In this document: piece after piece, positions 29,590 through 38,797 of the stretch
How positions within the stretch are numbered: the stretch's first letter is position 1
How the letters are laid out: each line of letters begins with the position of its first letter
DNA from: Roseovarius sp.
Lineage (GTDB): Bacteria > Pseudomonadota > Alphaproteobacteria > Rhodobacterales > Rhodobacteraceae
Assembly (NCBI GenBank): GCA_965227185.1
Contig: OZ245733.1
Location: forward strand, 3,594,074 to 3,658,073
DNA length: 64,000 nt
Direction of reading: 5' to 3'
Position numbers and translations under genes: made by a program
The notes under the pieces: model-generated
Told to the model about the DNA's origin: nothing
The model's input: the letters and a program-made list of their open reading frames with translations, nothing else
Database searches by the model: none

Positions 29590-31422
29590 TTATTGTTCAC
29601 TTGCCTCGGACCACCAGACCTCGGGGAGGAACCAGATCCCGTCCCCGTAGACCGGCAGCCGGTCGGAAGGGTATTTCAAGTGGCTGAGATGCGCAATCCT
29701 GCCGACGGCATACTCGTGGATCGGGATAACATAGCGACCTGAAATCAACACCCTGTCCAGCGCCCGTACCGCCGCGACAAAGTCTTCGCGACTGGTGGCG
29801 TTCAGCATCGTGTCGATCATCGCCTCGGCGGCGGGGGATTTCATACCCATTACGTTCCGGCTGCCGGGAATGTCGGCGTATTCGGCGCCCCAGTAATAAA
29901 TCTGCTCATTGCCGGGGCTGAGCGAGAACGCGCGGCGAAAGAAAGTGAGGTCGAAGTCGAAATTCTGCTCGCGCTCGTTGTACTGCGCGGGATCGGTGGT
30001 TTCGACCGTCAGGTCGATACCGAGACGCTCCAGCGCCTGGGCGTAAATCTCCATGTATGTCACGGCCTGCTGCAAAAGCCCGTCCTGACGCAACAGCACG
30101 GTCAGGTTCAAGGGCTTGCCGTCGGCGTTGCGCAGTTCGCCCTCTTCGACGGTCCAGCCGGCCTCGTTCAGCAGGTTCATGGCCTTGCGGATATTGCCGC
30201 GGTTGCGCTTGGTGCCGTCGCCGTGGGGCACGGTATAACCCTCCAAAGCGCCAGGCAGGAGTGTATCGGCGTAAGGCTCCAGCAACTCGCGCACGCGTCC
30301 CTCGGCAGGGCCGTCTCGCATGCCCAGTTCGGAGCCCGAAAAGTAGGAGGTGATGCGCGGCTGCCGTCCGCCGGTCAGCGTGTCGTTGATATATTCAAAA
30401 TTGAAGGCGAGGATCAGCGCCTCGCGCACGCGCCAATCGTCGAGCGGCGCACGGCGGGTGTTGAACACGAAGCCGGTCATGCCCGAGGGCTTGCCATGCG
30501 GGATTTCCGACAAGGTGACTTCGCCAGATTGAACGGCGGGAAAGTCGTATTGCGTGGCCCATTTCTCGGCGTTCAACTCGCGCACGTAAGAGATCGCCTG
30601 CGCCTTGAACGCCTCTTTCAGAACGGCATCGTCGCCATAGAACTCGATGCGGATCTCGCCGAAATTGTTGGTGCCGCGCCGGAAGGGCAGGTCGTTGCCC
30701 CAGTAATCCGGATTGCGTTTGAGGGTCACGTGACGCCCAACCTCGTAGTTCTCGACCACGTAAGGCGCCGAGCCGATGGGCACGTCGGCCAGCGCGGCCT
30801 CGGAGAAATTCTTGCCCTCCCATTGCGACTTTTTCAGGATCGGCCGCAGACCGGCGATAAGGGCCAGCTCGCGGTCCTCTGTGTTGAAGGTCAGCCGGAC
30901 GCTGCGCGGGCCGGTCGCGTCGATCTTTTCAACCTTCTGCCAGAAGCCGCGATAGCGGCCATGCCCCTCGGTGCCGATGGTCTGGTAAGACCAGATCACG
31001 TCGTCGACGGTGACGGGGGTGCCGTCGGAAAATTCCGCCTCTTCGCGCAGGGTGAATTCAACCCATTCCCTGTCCGGCCCGGCCTCGACCGATTCGGCCA
31101 GAAGGCCGTAAAGCGAGAACGGCTCGTCATAGGATCGGCCCATCAGCGACTCGTGCGTGAGGTGCCGCAACTGCCAGGGCGGCTCGCCTTTCTGGACGAA
31201 AGGATTGAGGCTGTCGAAGCTGCCCACGTTGCCGCTGACCAGCCGACCGCCCTTGGGCGCGTCGGGGTTGGCGTAGGGCAAGGACACGAAATCTGGGGGC
31301 AGGGCGGGGTCGCCATACATAGCTATGCCATGCGACGGCTCGGCCATGACGGGCGCGGCCGCCAAACCGGCGCCAAGAATCGCGATTGCGCGCAGCGCGC
31401 GTTGGAAAAAATGTGATCCCAT
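29590..31422 (-). CDS. ABC peptide/nickel-family solute-binding protein (YejA-like)
   Basis: HGIAMYGDP, YANPDAPKGG, FDSLNPF, YGLLAES, PIGSAPY, DWRVREAL. Confidence 0.9.
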   Translation of the reverse strand: MGSHFFQRALRAIAILGAGLAAAPVMAEPSHGIAMYGDPALPPDFVSLPYANPDAPKGGRLVSGNVGSFDSLNPFVQKGEPPWQLRHLTHESLMGRSYDEPFSLYGLLAESVEAGPDREWVEFTLREEAEFSDGTPVTVDDVIWSYQTIGTEGHGRYRGFWQKVEKIDATGPRSVRLTFNTEDRELALIAGLRPILKKSQWEGKNFSEAALADVPIGSAPYVVENYEVGRHVTLKRNPDYWGNDLPFRRGTNNFGEIRIEFYGDDAVLKEAFKAQAISYVRELNAEKWATQYDFPAVQSGEVTLSEIPHGKPSGMTGFVFNTRRAPLDDWRVREALILAFNFEYINDTLTGGRQPRITSYFSGSELGMRDGPAEGRVRELLEPYADTLLPGALEGYTVPHGDGTKRNRGNIRKAMNLLNEAGWTVEEGELRNADGKPLNLTVLLRQDGLLQQAVTYMEIYAQALERLGIDLTVETTDPAQYNEREQNFDFDLTFFRRAFSLSPGNEQIYYWGAEYADIPGSRNVMGMKSPAAEAMIDTMLNATSREDFVAAVRALDRVLISGRYVIPIHEYAVGRIAHLSHLKYPSDRLPVYGDGIWFLPEVWWSEASEQ

Positions 31423-31502
31423 TTGGGCAACAATCCTGCTCGGGCCTTGTTTGTCTGTCCATGGACGTTAAAGGCGGATTTACGTCTTTTCAAACTTTTA
31501 GC

Positions 31503-31531
31503 TTGGATCATCACGGTGAATTGCGTATAAA
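31503..31531 (+). promoter_or_regulatory. Sigma70/RpoH-type promoter
   Basis: (C)TTGGAT, 17-nt spacer, TATAAA. Confidence 0.65.
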
Positions 31532-31536
31532 GGGGT

Positions 31537-31613
31537 CACTGCTCGATAGGTTTCTTGCCTGTATGAAACCTGCCTCAATAACTTAACGCCGGCCTTGTGC
31601 CGGCGTTTTTTTT
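31537..31613 (+). ncRNA. Candidate ~75-nt small RNA upstream of bdhA
   Basis: Promoter, hairpin AGGTTTC-N10-GAAACCT, then terminator AACGCCGGC-CTTGT-GCCGGCGTT plus T-run; no ORF inside. Confidence 0.7.
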
Positions 31614-31745
31614 ACGCGATCGGCAGTTTTTTCTCAACATGTCGAACATGCGCCCATATGCGCCGAAACCCGTGTATGGCAGGTTTTCAACGACCCGCGA
31701 AACACGCTAGGTCTGGCGCGAAAGTTAACAAAAGGGTGCTGTCTC

Positions 31746-32519
31746 ATGTCTCTCGCAGGAAAAACCGCAATCGTCACCGGATCGACCTCGGGAATCGGTC
31801 TTGGAATCGCCACCTCGCTGGCCGAGGCCGGAGCGCGTGTCGTCCTGAACGGACGGGCCGCGCAAGATGAGAATTACCAGATTGCGGAAAGAATTGGTAA
31901 AGGCACCGGTGCGGAGGTGGAATTCATCGCCGCCGACATGAGCGACCCCGATGCCTGCCGCAGGTTGATCGAAGAGGCTGGCGGCTGCGACATCCTGGTG
32001 AACAACGCGGGCGTGCAGCACGTCGCGGGCCTGCCGGATTTCCCGGTCGAGAAGTGGAACCAGATCATTGCGGTGAACCTGAGTTCGGCCTTCCACACCA
32101 CCGCCGCCGCGCTGCCGGTGATGCGCGAACGGGGCTGGGGCCGGGTGATCAACATCGCCAGTGCTCATGGCCTGACCGCGAGCCCGTTCAAATCGGCCTA
32201 TGTGGCGGCCAAGCACGGGATCGTGGGGCTGACCAAGGTGACGGCGCTGGAGACGGCGGAGGAGCCGATCACCTGCAACGCGATCTGCCCCGGCTACGTG
32301 ATGACGCCCCTGGTGGAAAAGCAGATCCCGGACACGATGGAAAAATACGGCATGGGCCGCGACGAGGTGATCCGCGAGGTGATCCTGGAGCGCCAGCCGT
32401 CGAAGCAGATGGCGACGGTGGAGCAGATGGGAGGCACGACGGTCTTCCTTTGCTCCTCTTCCGCAGAGCAGATCACCGGCACGACGATCAGTGTCGATGG
32501 CGGCTGGACTGCGCTGTGA
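31746..32519 (+). CDS. bdhA: 3-hydroxybutyrate dehydrogenase (SDR)
   Basis: TGSTSGIG, NNAGVQH, IASAHG, KSAYVAAKHG, ICPGYV. Confidence 0.93.
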   Translation: MSLAGKTAIVTGSTSGIGLGIATSLAEAGARVVLNGRAAQDENYQIAERIGKGTGAEVEFIAADMSDPDACRRLIEEAGGCDILVNNAGVQHVAGLPDFPVEKWNQIIAVNLSSAFHTTAAALPVMRERGWGRVINIASAHGLTASPFKSAYVAAKHGIVGLTKVTALETAEEPITCNAICPGYVMTPLVEKQIPDTMEKYGMGRDEVIREVILERQPSKQMATVEQMGGTTVFLCSSSAEQITGTTISVDGGWTAL

Positions 32520-32528
32520 CAGGACGGG

Positions 32529-32577
32529 CCGAGGGGCCAGCCCCTCGGGCTCCCCGGGATATTTCTGGCCAGAAGAA
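32529..32577. repeat. Hairpin plus GGGATATTT-YGGCCAGA-RGAA intergenic repeat, copy 1
   Basis: Near-identical to 38525-38606 and 61371-61392. Confidence 0.85.
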
Positions 32578-32588
32578 GAGCGTGTGAC

Positions 32589-33608
32589 GTGGGTGGCAAA
32601 CGGATCAATATCGCATTGCAGGGCGGGGGCGCTCACGGGGCATTTACCTGGGGTGTTCTGGACCGGCTTTTGGAAGAGGAAGCGCTTGAAATTGCCGGCA
32701 TTTCCGGCACATCGGCCGGCGCGCTGAACGGGGCGGCGCTGAAGGCCGGACTGCTGGCCGGAGGCCGGGAGGGCGCGCGTGAGAACCTGGACTGGCTGTG
32801 GGCGCAGATGGGTGCGGTGCAGGATTTGCGTCTGCCTGCGTGGATGTCGGGCCGGATGCCCGGGATCGGGACCTTCAGTGACGTGCTGGAACTGTCGCCG
32901 GTTTATACCCTGGCCGACGCGGCCAGCCGCGCGATCTCGCCCTATGTCTATGGCCCGTTCTACGTGAACCCTTTGCGGCGGGTGGTGGAGAGGTTCGCCT
33001 ATGACAAGGTCTGCAAGATCTGCGAGCCGCAATTCTTTGTCTGCGCCACCAACGTGCATACCGGCAAGATCCGGGTGTTCGAGGGCGATGCGATCACGTC
33101 GGACAGCCTGTTGGCCTCGGCCTGTCTGCCGACGCTGTTCCAGGCAGTGGAGATCGACGGCACGCATTTCTGGGACGGAGGATACAGCGGCAATCCGGCG
33201 CTTTTTCCGTTATACCGCAAGGAGTTGCCGGACGATATCGTGGTCGTCAACATTAACCCACTGGTGCGGGACGAGGTGCCGAAATCGCCGCAGGAGATCC
33301 AGAACCGGATCAACGAGATCAGCTTTAACGCCGCGCTTTTGCGGGAGTTGCGGGCGGTTCATTTCGTGCAGGGCCTGATTGATGCCGGCACCATCGCGGA
33401 GGGTGCGATGAAGCGGGTCAGGGTGCACATGATCGCCGATGACGACCTGATGCGGGAATTGTCGGTGGCCACGAAACTGGTGCCGAGCCCGCTGGTGCTG
33501 GACCGGCTGAAACGGGCCGGACGGGCGGCGGCAGAGCGGTTCCTGGCGACGGATTTCGAGGCTGTCGGGACGCGCGATACGGTCGATCTGGAGGCGATGT
33601 TCGGCTGA
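32589..33608 (+). CDS. Patatin-like phospholipase/esterase
   Basis: GGGAHG, GTSAG nucleophile elbow, DGG. Confidence 0.93.
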   Translation: MGGKRINIALQGGGAHGAFTWGVLDRLLEEEALEIAGISGTSAGALNGAALKAGLLAGGREGARENLDWLWAQMGAVQDLRLPAWMSGRMPGIGTFSDVLELSPVYTLADAASRAISPYVYGPFYVNPLRRVVERFAYDKVCKICEPQFFVCATNVHTGKIRVFEGDAITSDSLLASACLPTLFQAVEIDGTHFWDGGYSGNPALFPLYRKELPDDIVVVNINPLVRDEVPKSPQEIQNRINEISFNAALLRELRAVHFVQGLIDAGTIAEGAMKRVRVHMIADDDLMRELSVATKLVPSPLVLDRLKRAGRAAAERFLATDFEAVGTRDTVDLEAMFG

Positions 33609-33621
33609 GTCGCCGCCGCAT

Positions 33622-33694
33622 GGTTAATGGCGCCGGACAGGCCAAAACCGGATGTCGGTATCGCGTCGGTATTTCAGTGGTAGCGCAACGGTGC
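33622..33694 (-). repeat. ~72-bp dispersed intergenic element with 11-bp periodicity, copy B
   Basis: Its reverse complement aligns with 21476-21546. Confidence 0.85.
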
Positions 33695-33755
33695 GAAAAT
33701 CGCGTCCGGCGCGGATCAAGAGACCGGTTGCCGCATTTACCCGCCGGTAACCGTT

Positions 33756-34499
33756 TCAGTGTTCGCTGTCGGGCGGGTTTGCCTTGCCGTTCTGACCCGG
33801 GTAGACGAGGCCGGCGGAGATCACCAGCTTGGCCGCGTCCTCGATCGACATGTCGAGCTCGATCACGTCGGAGCGTGGAAAGAACAGCAGGAAGCCCGAG
33901 GTCGGGTTCGGCGTCGTGGGCACGAAGACGCTGAGCAGGTCGCCCGACATCTCGGCCTTTTCGACGACCTCGCCCTTGGCCTGGGTCGAGATGAAGCCGA
34001 TGGCCCAGATGCCCTTGCGCGGGTACTGGATCAGGCAGGCTTTCTCGAAGCTGCGCTCGGACTGGGCAAAGACCGTCTCGGCGATCTGTTTGACGCCGGA
34101 ATAGATCGAGCGGACCACCGGCATCCGGTCCACCAGGCTTTCGCCATAGCGGATGAGGGAGCGGCCGATGAGGCCCTTGGCCACCCAGCCCACCAAAAGC
34201 GTGAACAAAAGAAAGACGATCACGCCCACGCCGCGAATATTGAAATGGACCCACTCGGCATCATTGGGGCGGGTGTTGCCCAGAACGAAGCGGTTGATCA
34301 GGTATTCCGGCTGATAGATGTCAGGAACGAATGGCAGAACGAACCCGTCGACCCAGCCGACCAGCGTCCAGATCAGCCAGATGGTCAGAACGACCGGCGC
34401 GATCACCACGATGCCGGTCAGAAAGCTGGCGCGCAGCCCCGCGAACCGTCCGGGTTTCTTGGGCGGGGGCGGGGGATCTTCGTCAAAAGGGGTGTTCAT
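33756..34499 (-). CDS. DUF502 membrane protein
   Basis: FLTGIVVIAPVVLT, PVVRSIYSGVKQ, YPRKG.W.IGF, VFVPTTPNPTSGFL. Confidence 0.92.
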   Translation of the reverse strand: MNTPFDEDPPPPPKKPGRFAGLRASFLTGIVVIAPVVLTIWLIWTLVGWVDGFVLPFVPDIYQPEYLINRFVLGNTRPNDAEWVHFNIRGVGVIVFLLFTLLVGWVAKGLIGRSLIRYGESLVDRMPVVRSIYSGVKQIAETVFAQSERSFEKACLIQYPRKGIWAIGFISTQAKGEVVEKAEMSGDLLSVFVPTTPNPTSGFLLFFPRSDVIELDMSIEDAAKLVISAGLVYPGQNGKANPPDSEH

Positions 34500-34562
34500 T
34501 GGCGCCTTCGGGGGTTCTGTCTGGCGATATCTAGGCGCTTCACGGGGGCGCTACAACGGATT

Positions 34563-35498
34563 TCAGCGCCAAGCGCCGCTTTGACGCTCATTCGCGAGGC
34601 AGATGGCGATTTTCGCGGCAAGCCGGGCGTTGTTCAGCACCAACGCGATATTGGCGTCGAGCGAGCGGCCCTCGGTGAGGGTGAAGATCCGGTCGAGCAG
34701 GAAGGGCGTGACCTCTTTGGCGGTGATGCCCTGGTCGGTGGCCTCTTGCGTGGCCTGTTCGATGATCGGGATGATCTCGGCGGCGGGGATTTCGGCCGCA
34801 GCCGGGATCGGATTGGTGACAAGCTGTCCGCCCGGCAGGCCGAGCGCGGCACGGGTGGTATGCGCGCGCGCGATGGCGTGCGCATCATCGAGGCGCAGGG
34901 GCGCGGGCAGGTTCGAGGTGGCGGACCAGAAGGCGGGCAGGCTGTCCTGGCCATAGGCGATGACAGGCACGCCGAGGGTTTCCAGCACTTCCAGAGTCTT
35001 GGGCAGATCGAGGATGGCCTTGGCCCCGGCGCAGACCACGGTGACGGGGGTTTGGGCCAGTTCGTGAAGGTCGGCGGAGATGTCGAAGCTGTGTTCGGCG
35101 CCGCGATGCACGCCACCGATGCCGCCCGTGGCAAATGTGGCGATGCCGGCGGCGCGGGCGGCGATCATGGTGGCGGCGACTGTGGTGGCGCCGGTGCCGC
35201 CTGAGGCCAGACAAACTGCGAGGTCCGCGCGGCTGAGCTTGGCGACGTTCTGCGCCTTGGCAAGGGTTTCAAGCTGGCCTTCGTCCAGGCCGATATGCAG
35301 CTGCCCGGCAAGCACGGCGATGGTGGCCGGGGTCGCGCCCGCCTCGCGCACCGCATCCTCGACCTGCCACGCCGTTTCCAGGTTCTGTGGATAGGGCATA
35401 CCGTGGGTGATGATGGTGCTTTCGAGCGCCACGATGGGGCGCGCCTCGGCGCGGGCGGCGGCGACCTCGGGCGAGAACTGCAAGGGCAGGGTGGTCAT
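34563..35498 (-). CDS. psuG: Pseudouridine-5'-phosphate glycosidase
   Basis: VALESTIITHGMPYPQN, ATTVAATM, ATGGIGGVHRG, DISADL, GAKAILD. Confidence 0.96.
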   Translation of the reverse strand: MTTLPLQFSPEVAAARAEARPIVALESTIITHGMPYPQNLETAWQVEDAVREAGATPATIAVLAGQLHIGLDEGQLETLAKAQNVAKLSRADLAVCLASGGTGATTVAATMIAARAAGIATFATGGIGGVHRGAEHSFDISADLHELAQTPVTVVCAGAKAILDLPKTLEVLETLGVPVIAYGQDSLPAFWSATSNLPAPLRLDDAHAIARAHTTRAALGLPGGQLVTNPIPAAAEIPAAEIIPIIEQATQEATDQGITAKEVTPFLLDRIFTLTEGRSLDANIALVLNNARLAAKIAICLANERQSGAWR

Positions 35499-35731
35499 GT
35501 GGCGATGTCCCCGGAAATGTGGGTGGCAGCCGCCGGAAGCGCGTGGTCGAGAGCGGACCCGTGGCGCAGACCGAAGCGCAGGTGGGTGAGCGCGATGTTG
35601 AGCGCCACGCCGCCGGGGGCGCGGGTGATGCGGCCGGGCAGGTCCGAGCCGGGCCGCATGGCGCTGGCGGAGCGACCGATGATGGCCCACAGGACCGAGC
35701 CGATGCAGAAAATGTCGGGCGGACGCGTCAT
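35495..35731 (-). pseudogene. PfkB-family (PsuK-like) kinase remnant with a large in-frame internal deletion, 78 aa
   Basis: N-terminus IFCIGSVLWAIIGR...GSDLPGRITRAPGGVALNIA is joined directly to a C-terminal helix ALDHALPAAATHISG; stop overlaps the psuG ATG. Confidence 0.8.
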
Positions 35732-35806
35732 GCGGTCATTTGCACCGCCGGGACACGTGAGAGCAAGCGATTTGCGAGGCGCGGTGACGCCGCGTAGGGT
35801 GCGGGG

Positions 35807-36424
35807 ATGGACGAGCCCCGCCGCTTTCGCATTCCGCTGAAACCCGTGCTGGCGCTGCTGGCGGCGGCGGCGGTGGCCGCGAACCTGCCCGCCTCGTGGT
35901 TCACCGAAGCGACGGCACAGGACCGGCGGTCGGAAGTGTTTTCCGCTTTTGCCAACCTGAGCGCGGCGCCGGGGGAGGGGGCTTTCGCCTTTCTCGGCAC
36001 GGTGTCGGACCTGTCGGGGCAGGAGGCGCGGGTGCGCCGGGACCGGCGGGCGCATGTGCTGCCGGGGCTGCTGGAGGCCTATGCCGGGCGGATCGACATG
36101 CCCGTGGGCTGGCTGCGGGACGCGGTGCTGGACGCCGATTATGCGCATCCGTTCGACATCTCGGCCTTCGAGGTGACCGGGCCGGAGTTTGCCGGGCATG
36201 GTGTGGACGCGTCGTGGCGGTGGGGGCTTGCGGCCAGCGGGGCGCAGGACCTGTCGCCCGAGGACGCCCCGTTCGGCTGGTGCGCGCGGTGGCTGGTGGT
36301 CTGGGACGCGACGGATTGGTTTTATGCGCCGGTGGGGACGGAGGGGTTGAACGACATGCTGGCCGAGGCGGCGCCGGAGCTTCGGGACGTGACGCGCGCG
36401 CTTTCGGGGGGATGCGACGGGTGA
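35807..36424 (+). CDS. Hypothetical exported/membrane-anchored protein
   Basis: 205-aa ORF with an N-terminal hydrophobic segment, filling the gap before the rpsB promoter. Confidence 0.65.
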   Translation: MDEPRRFRIPLKPVLALLAAAAVAANLPASWFTEATAQDRRSEVFSAFANLSAAPGEGAFAFLGTVSDLSGQEARVRRDRRAHVLPGLLEAYAGRIDMPVGWLRDAVLDADYAHPFDISAFEVTGPEFAGHGVDASWRWGLAASGAQDLSPEDAPFGWCARWLVVWDATDWFYAPVGTEGLNDMLAEAAPELRDVTRALSGGCDG

Positions 36425-36509
36425 GGCGGGCGTTTTCTTGCAAAGAAAACGGGTCGAAATCTTTGAAAGATTTCGGCGCGCGCCGTTCGAAGACAGTGCA
36501 AATGAGGGC

Positions 36510-36538
36510 TTGCACCGCAAAGCATTGCCCGTTATACG
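36510..36538 (+). promoter_or_regulatory. rpsB-tsf sigma70 promoter
   Basis: TTGCAC, 17-nt spacer, TATACG, followed by a ~115-nt leader. Confidence 0.7.
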
Positions 36539-36658
36539 CGCGCCATTAATCCCGCAGGTATGGGCGGGCTGATCGGGGGAGACATCCCCGGCGGTCCACC
36601 GGTTGAAGCATCCGCTTCTCATCCCGTACCGAGGCGCAAACCGGAAAGGAAAAAGACC

Positions 36659-37540
36659 ATGGCTCTTCCAGAGTTCTCCATGCGTCAGCTGCTTGAAGCT
36701 GGCGTTCACTTCGGCCACCAGACGCAGCGTTGGAACCCCCGTATGGGCGAGTTCATCTATGGCGCGCGCAATGGCATCCACATCATGGACCTGACGCAGA
36801 CCGTGCCGATGCTCGACGCGGCGCTGAACGTCATTCGCGAGACCGTGGCAAAGAACGGCCGCGTGCTGTTCGTCGGCACCAAGCGGCAGGCCAGCGCACC
36901 GATCGCCGAGGCGGCTGAAAAATGCGCGCAGTATTACATGAACCACCGCTGGCTGGGCGGCACGCTGACCAACTGGCAGACCGTGAGCAAGTCGATCAAG
37001 CGCCTGAACGAGATCGACGAGATCATGGAAGGCGGTGCCGATGGCCTGACCAAGAAAGAGCGTCTGGGTCTTGAGCGCGACCAGGAAAAACTGAACGCGT
37101 CGCTGGGCGGTATCCGCCAGATGGGTGGCGTGCCCGACCTGCTGTTCGTGATCGACGTCAAGAAAGAGTCGCTGGCCGTGGCGGAAGCCAACAAGCTGGG
37201 CATTCCCGTGGTCGCCGTGGTCGACACCAACTGCTCGCCCGATGGCATCGATTACATCATCCCCGGCAATGACGACGCCGCACGCGCGATCTCGCTTTAC
37301 TGTGACCTGGTGTCCCGCGCGGCACTGGACGGCATGTCGGCGCAGATGGGTGCGGCCGGTATCGACCTGGGCGCCATGGAAGAGGCTCCGACCGAGGAAG
37401 CCGTGAGCGAAGCGCCGGCTCCGGCCGCGGAAGCCTCCGCGCCGAGCGACGAGGCAGTGCATGACGACGCTATTTCGAAAGACGCGCCGCTGGACATCGA
37501 GTCCGCCGAAGAGGTCAAGAAAGAGGCCGCCGACAGCTGA
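36659..37540 (+). CDS. rpsB: 30S ribosomal protein S2 with acidic C-terminal tail
   Basis: [34 protein letters not shown]. Confidence 0.98.
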   Translation: MALPEFSMRQLLEAGVHFGHQTQRWNPRMGEFIYGARNGIHIMDLTQTVPMLDAALNVIRETVAKNGRVLFVGTKRQASAPIAEAAEKCAQYYMNHRWLGGTLTNWQTVSKSIKRLNEIDEIMEGGADGLTKKERLGLERDQEKLNASLGGIRQMGGVPDLLFVIDVKKESLAVAEANKLGIPVVAVVDTNCSPDGIDYIIPGNDDAARAISLYCDLVSRAALDGMSAQMGAAGIDLGAMEEAPTEEAVSEAPAPAAEASAPSDEAVHDDAISKDAPLDIESAEEVKKEAADS

Positions 37541-37629
37541 GCCTGTCACGAGACCTATACCTTGTTGATATAACTGGGCGCGGGATTCGACCGCGCCCAT
37601 GACAGCCCAAATATTCGAGGAGAGCCAAG

Positions 37630-38505
37630 ATGGCGATCACAGCTGCAAGTGTGAAAGAGCTGCGCGACAAGACCGGCGCGGGCATGATGGACGCGAAGAA
37701 AGCACTGACCGAGACCGATGGCGACATGGATGCCGCCGTTGACTGGCTGCGCACCAAGGGCCTGGCGAAAGCCGCCAAGAAATCCGGCCGCACCGCCGCC
37801 GAGGGCCTCGTGGCCGTCAGCGTGACCGGTAGCACGGGCGTTGCCGTCGAGGTGAATGCCGAGACAGACTTCGTCGCCAAGAACGCCGATTTCCAGAAGA
37901 TGGTCGGCGACATCGCCGCCGCCGCCGTGGGCGTGGCCAATCTCGACGCACTGCAATCTGCCGAGATCGGTGGCAAAGCGGTGTCCGACATCATCACCGA
38001 CAAGATCGCCACGATCGGCGAGAACATGGGCCTGCGCCGCATGGAGAAGATCGATGGCGACACGGTGGTGAGCTACATCCACAACGCCGCCACCGACGGC
38101 ATGGGCAAGATCGGCGTGCTGGTCGCCATGAAAGGTGGTGACGAGGCGTTCGGTCGCCAGGTCGCGATGCATATCGCCGCCACCAACCCCGCCGCCCTGA
38201 ACGAGGCGGAGCTGGATCAGGCCGTCGTCGACAAGGAACGCCAGGTTCAGATCGACATTGCCCGCGAATCCGGCAAGCCGGAGCAGGTGATCGAGAAGAT
38301 GATCGAGGGCCGCATGAAGAAATACATGTCCGAGATCACGCTGGTGAACCAGTCCTTCGTCATCAACCCCGACGTGACCGTCGGCGCCGCCGCCGCCGAG
38401 GCGGGCGCCGAGATCACCGGCTTCATCCGCATGGAAGTGGGCGAGGGGATCGAGAAGAAGGAAGAGAACTTCGCCGAGGAAGTCGCCAAGGCGGCGCAGG
38501 GCTGA
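37630..38505 (+). CDS. tsf: Elongation factor Ts
   Basis: [29 protein letters not shown]. Confidence 0.98.
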   Translation: MAITAASVKELRDKTGAGMMDAKKALTETDGDMDAAVDWLRTKGLAKAAKKSGRTAAEGLVAVSVTGSTGVAVEVNAETDFVAKNADFQKMVGDIAAAAVGVANLDALQSAEIGGKAVSDIITDKIATIGENMGLRRMEKIDGDTVVSYIHNAATDGMGKIGVLVAMKGGDEAFGRQVAMHIAATNPAALNEAELDQAVVDKERQVQIDIARESGKPEQVIEKMIEGRMKKYMSEITLVNQSFVINPDVTVGAAAAEAGAEITGFIRMEVGEGIEKKEENFAEEVAKAAQG

Positions 38506-38524
38506 GCTGTCCTGGATCGCGGGA

Positions 38525-38606
38525 CCGAGGGGCCAGCCCCTCGGGCTACCGGTTCAAAGCGGGGGGCCAGCCCCCCGCACCCCCGGGATATTTCCGGCCA
38601 GAGGAA
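38525..38606. repeat. Double hairpin plus GGGATATTT repeat, copy 2
   Basis: CCGAGGGGCCAGCCCCTCGG, GCGGGGGGCCAGCCCCCCGC, GGGATATTTCCGGCCAGAGGAA. Confidence 0.85.
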
Positions 38607-38797
38607 GATGGGCGCGTTCCGAGGTATCGGGGCGCGCTTTTTGCTTGGTTCGAAGCAAGAGTTGTTGCTAGATCGAAGCCGGGCAGGGGCGATGGCGTCG
38701 CCGGGCCGGATGGCCTTGCCTTTTCATTACATCCTGTACGCCGGGGCAGTCGGAAGATCGGCGGCCGCGCTCTCTTATTATCGTAAAGGCGGCCGGT

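Noticed and set aside
35732-37600. Remainder of the 701-aa minus-strand ORF 35495-37600
   Set aside because: Antisense to the hypothetical gene and rpsB; only the last 78 codons match a real (PfkB) sequence.
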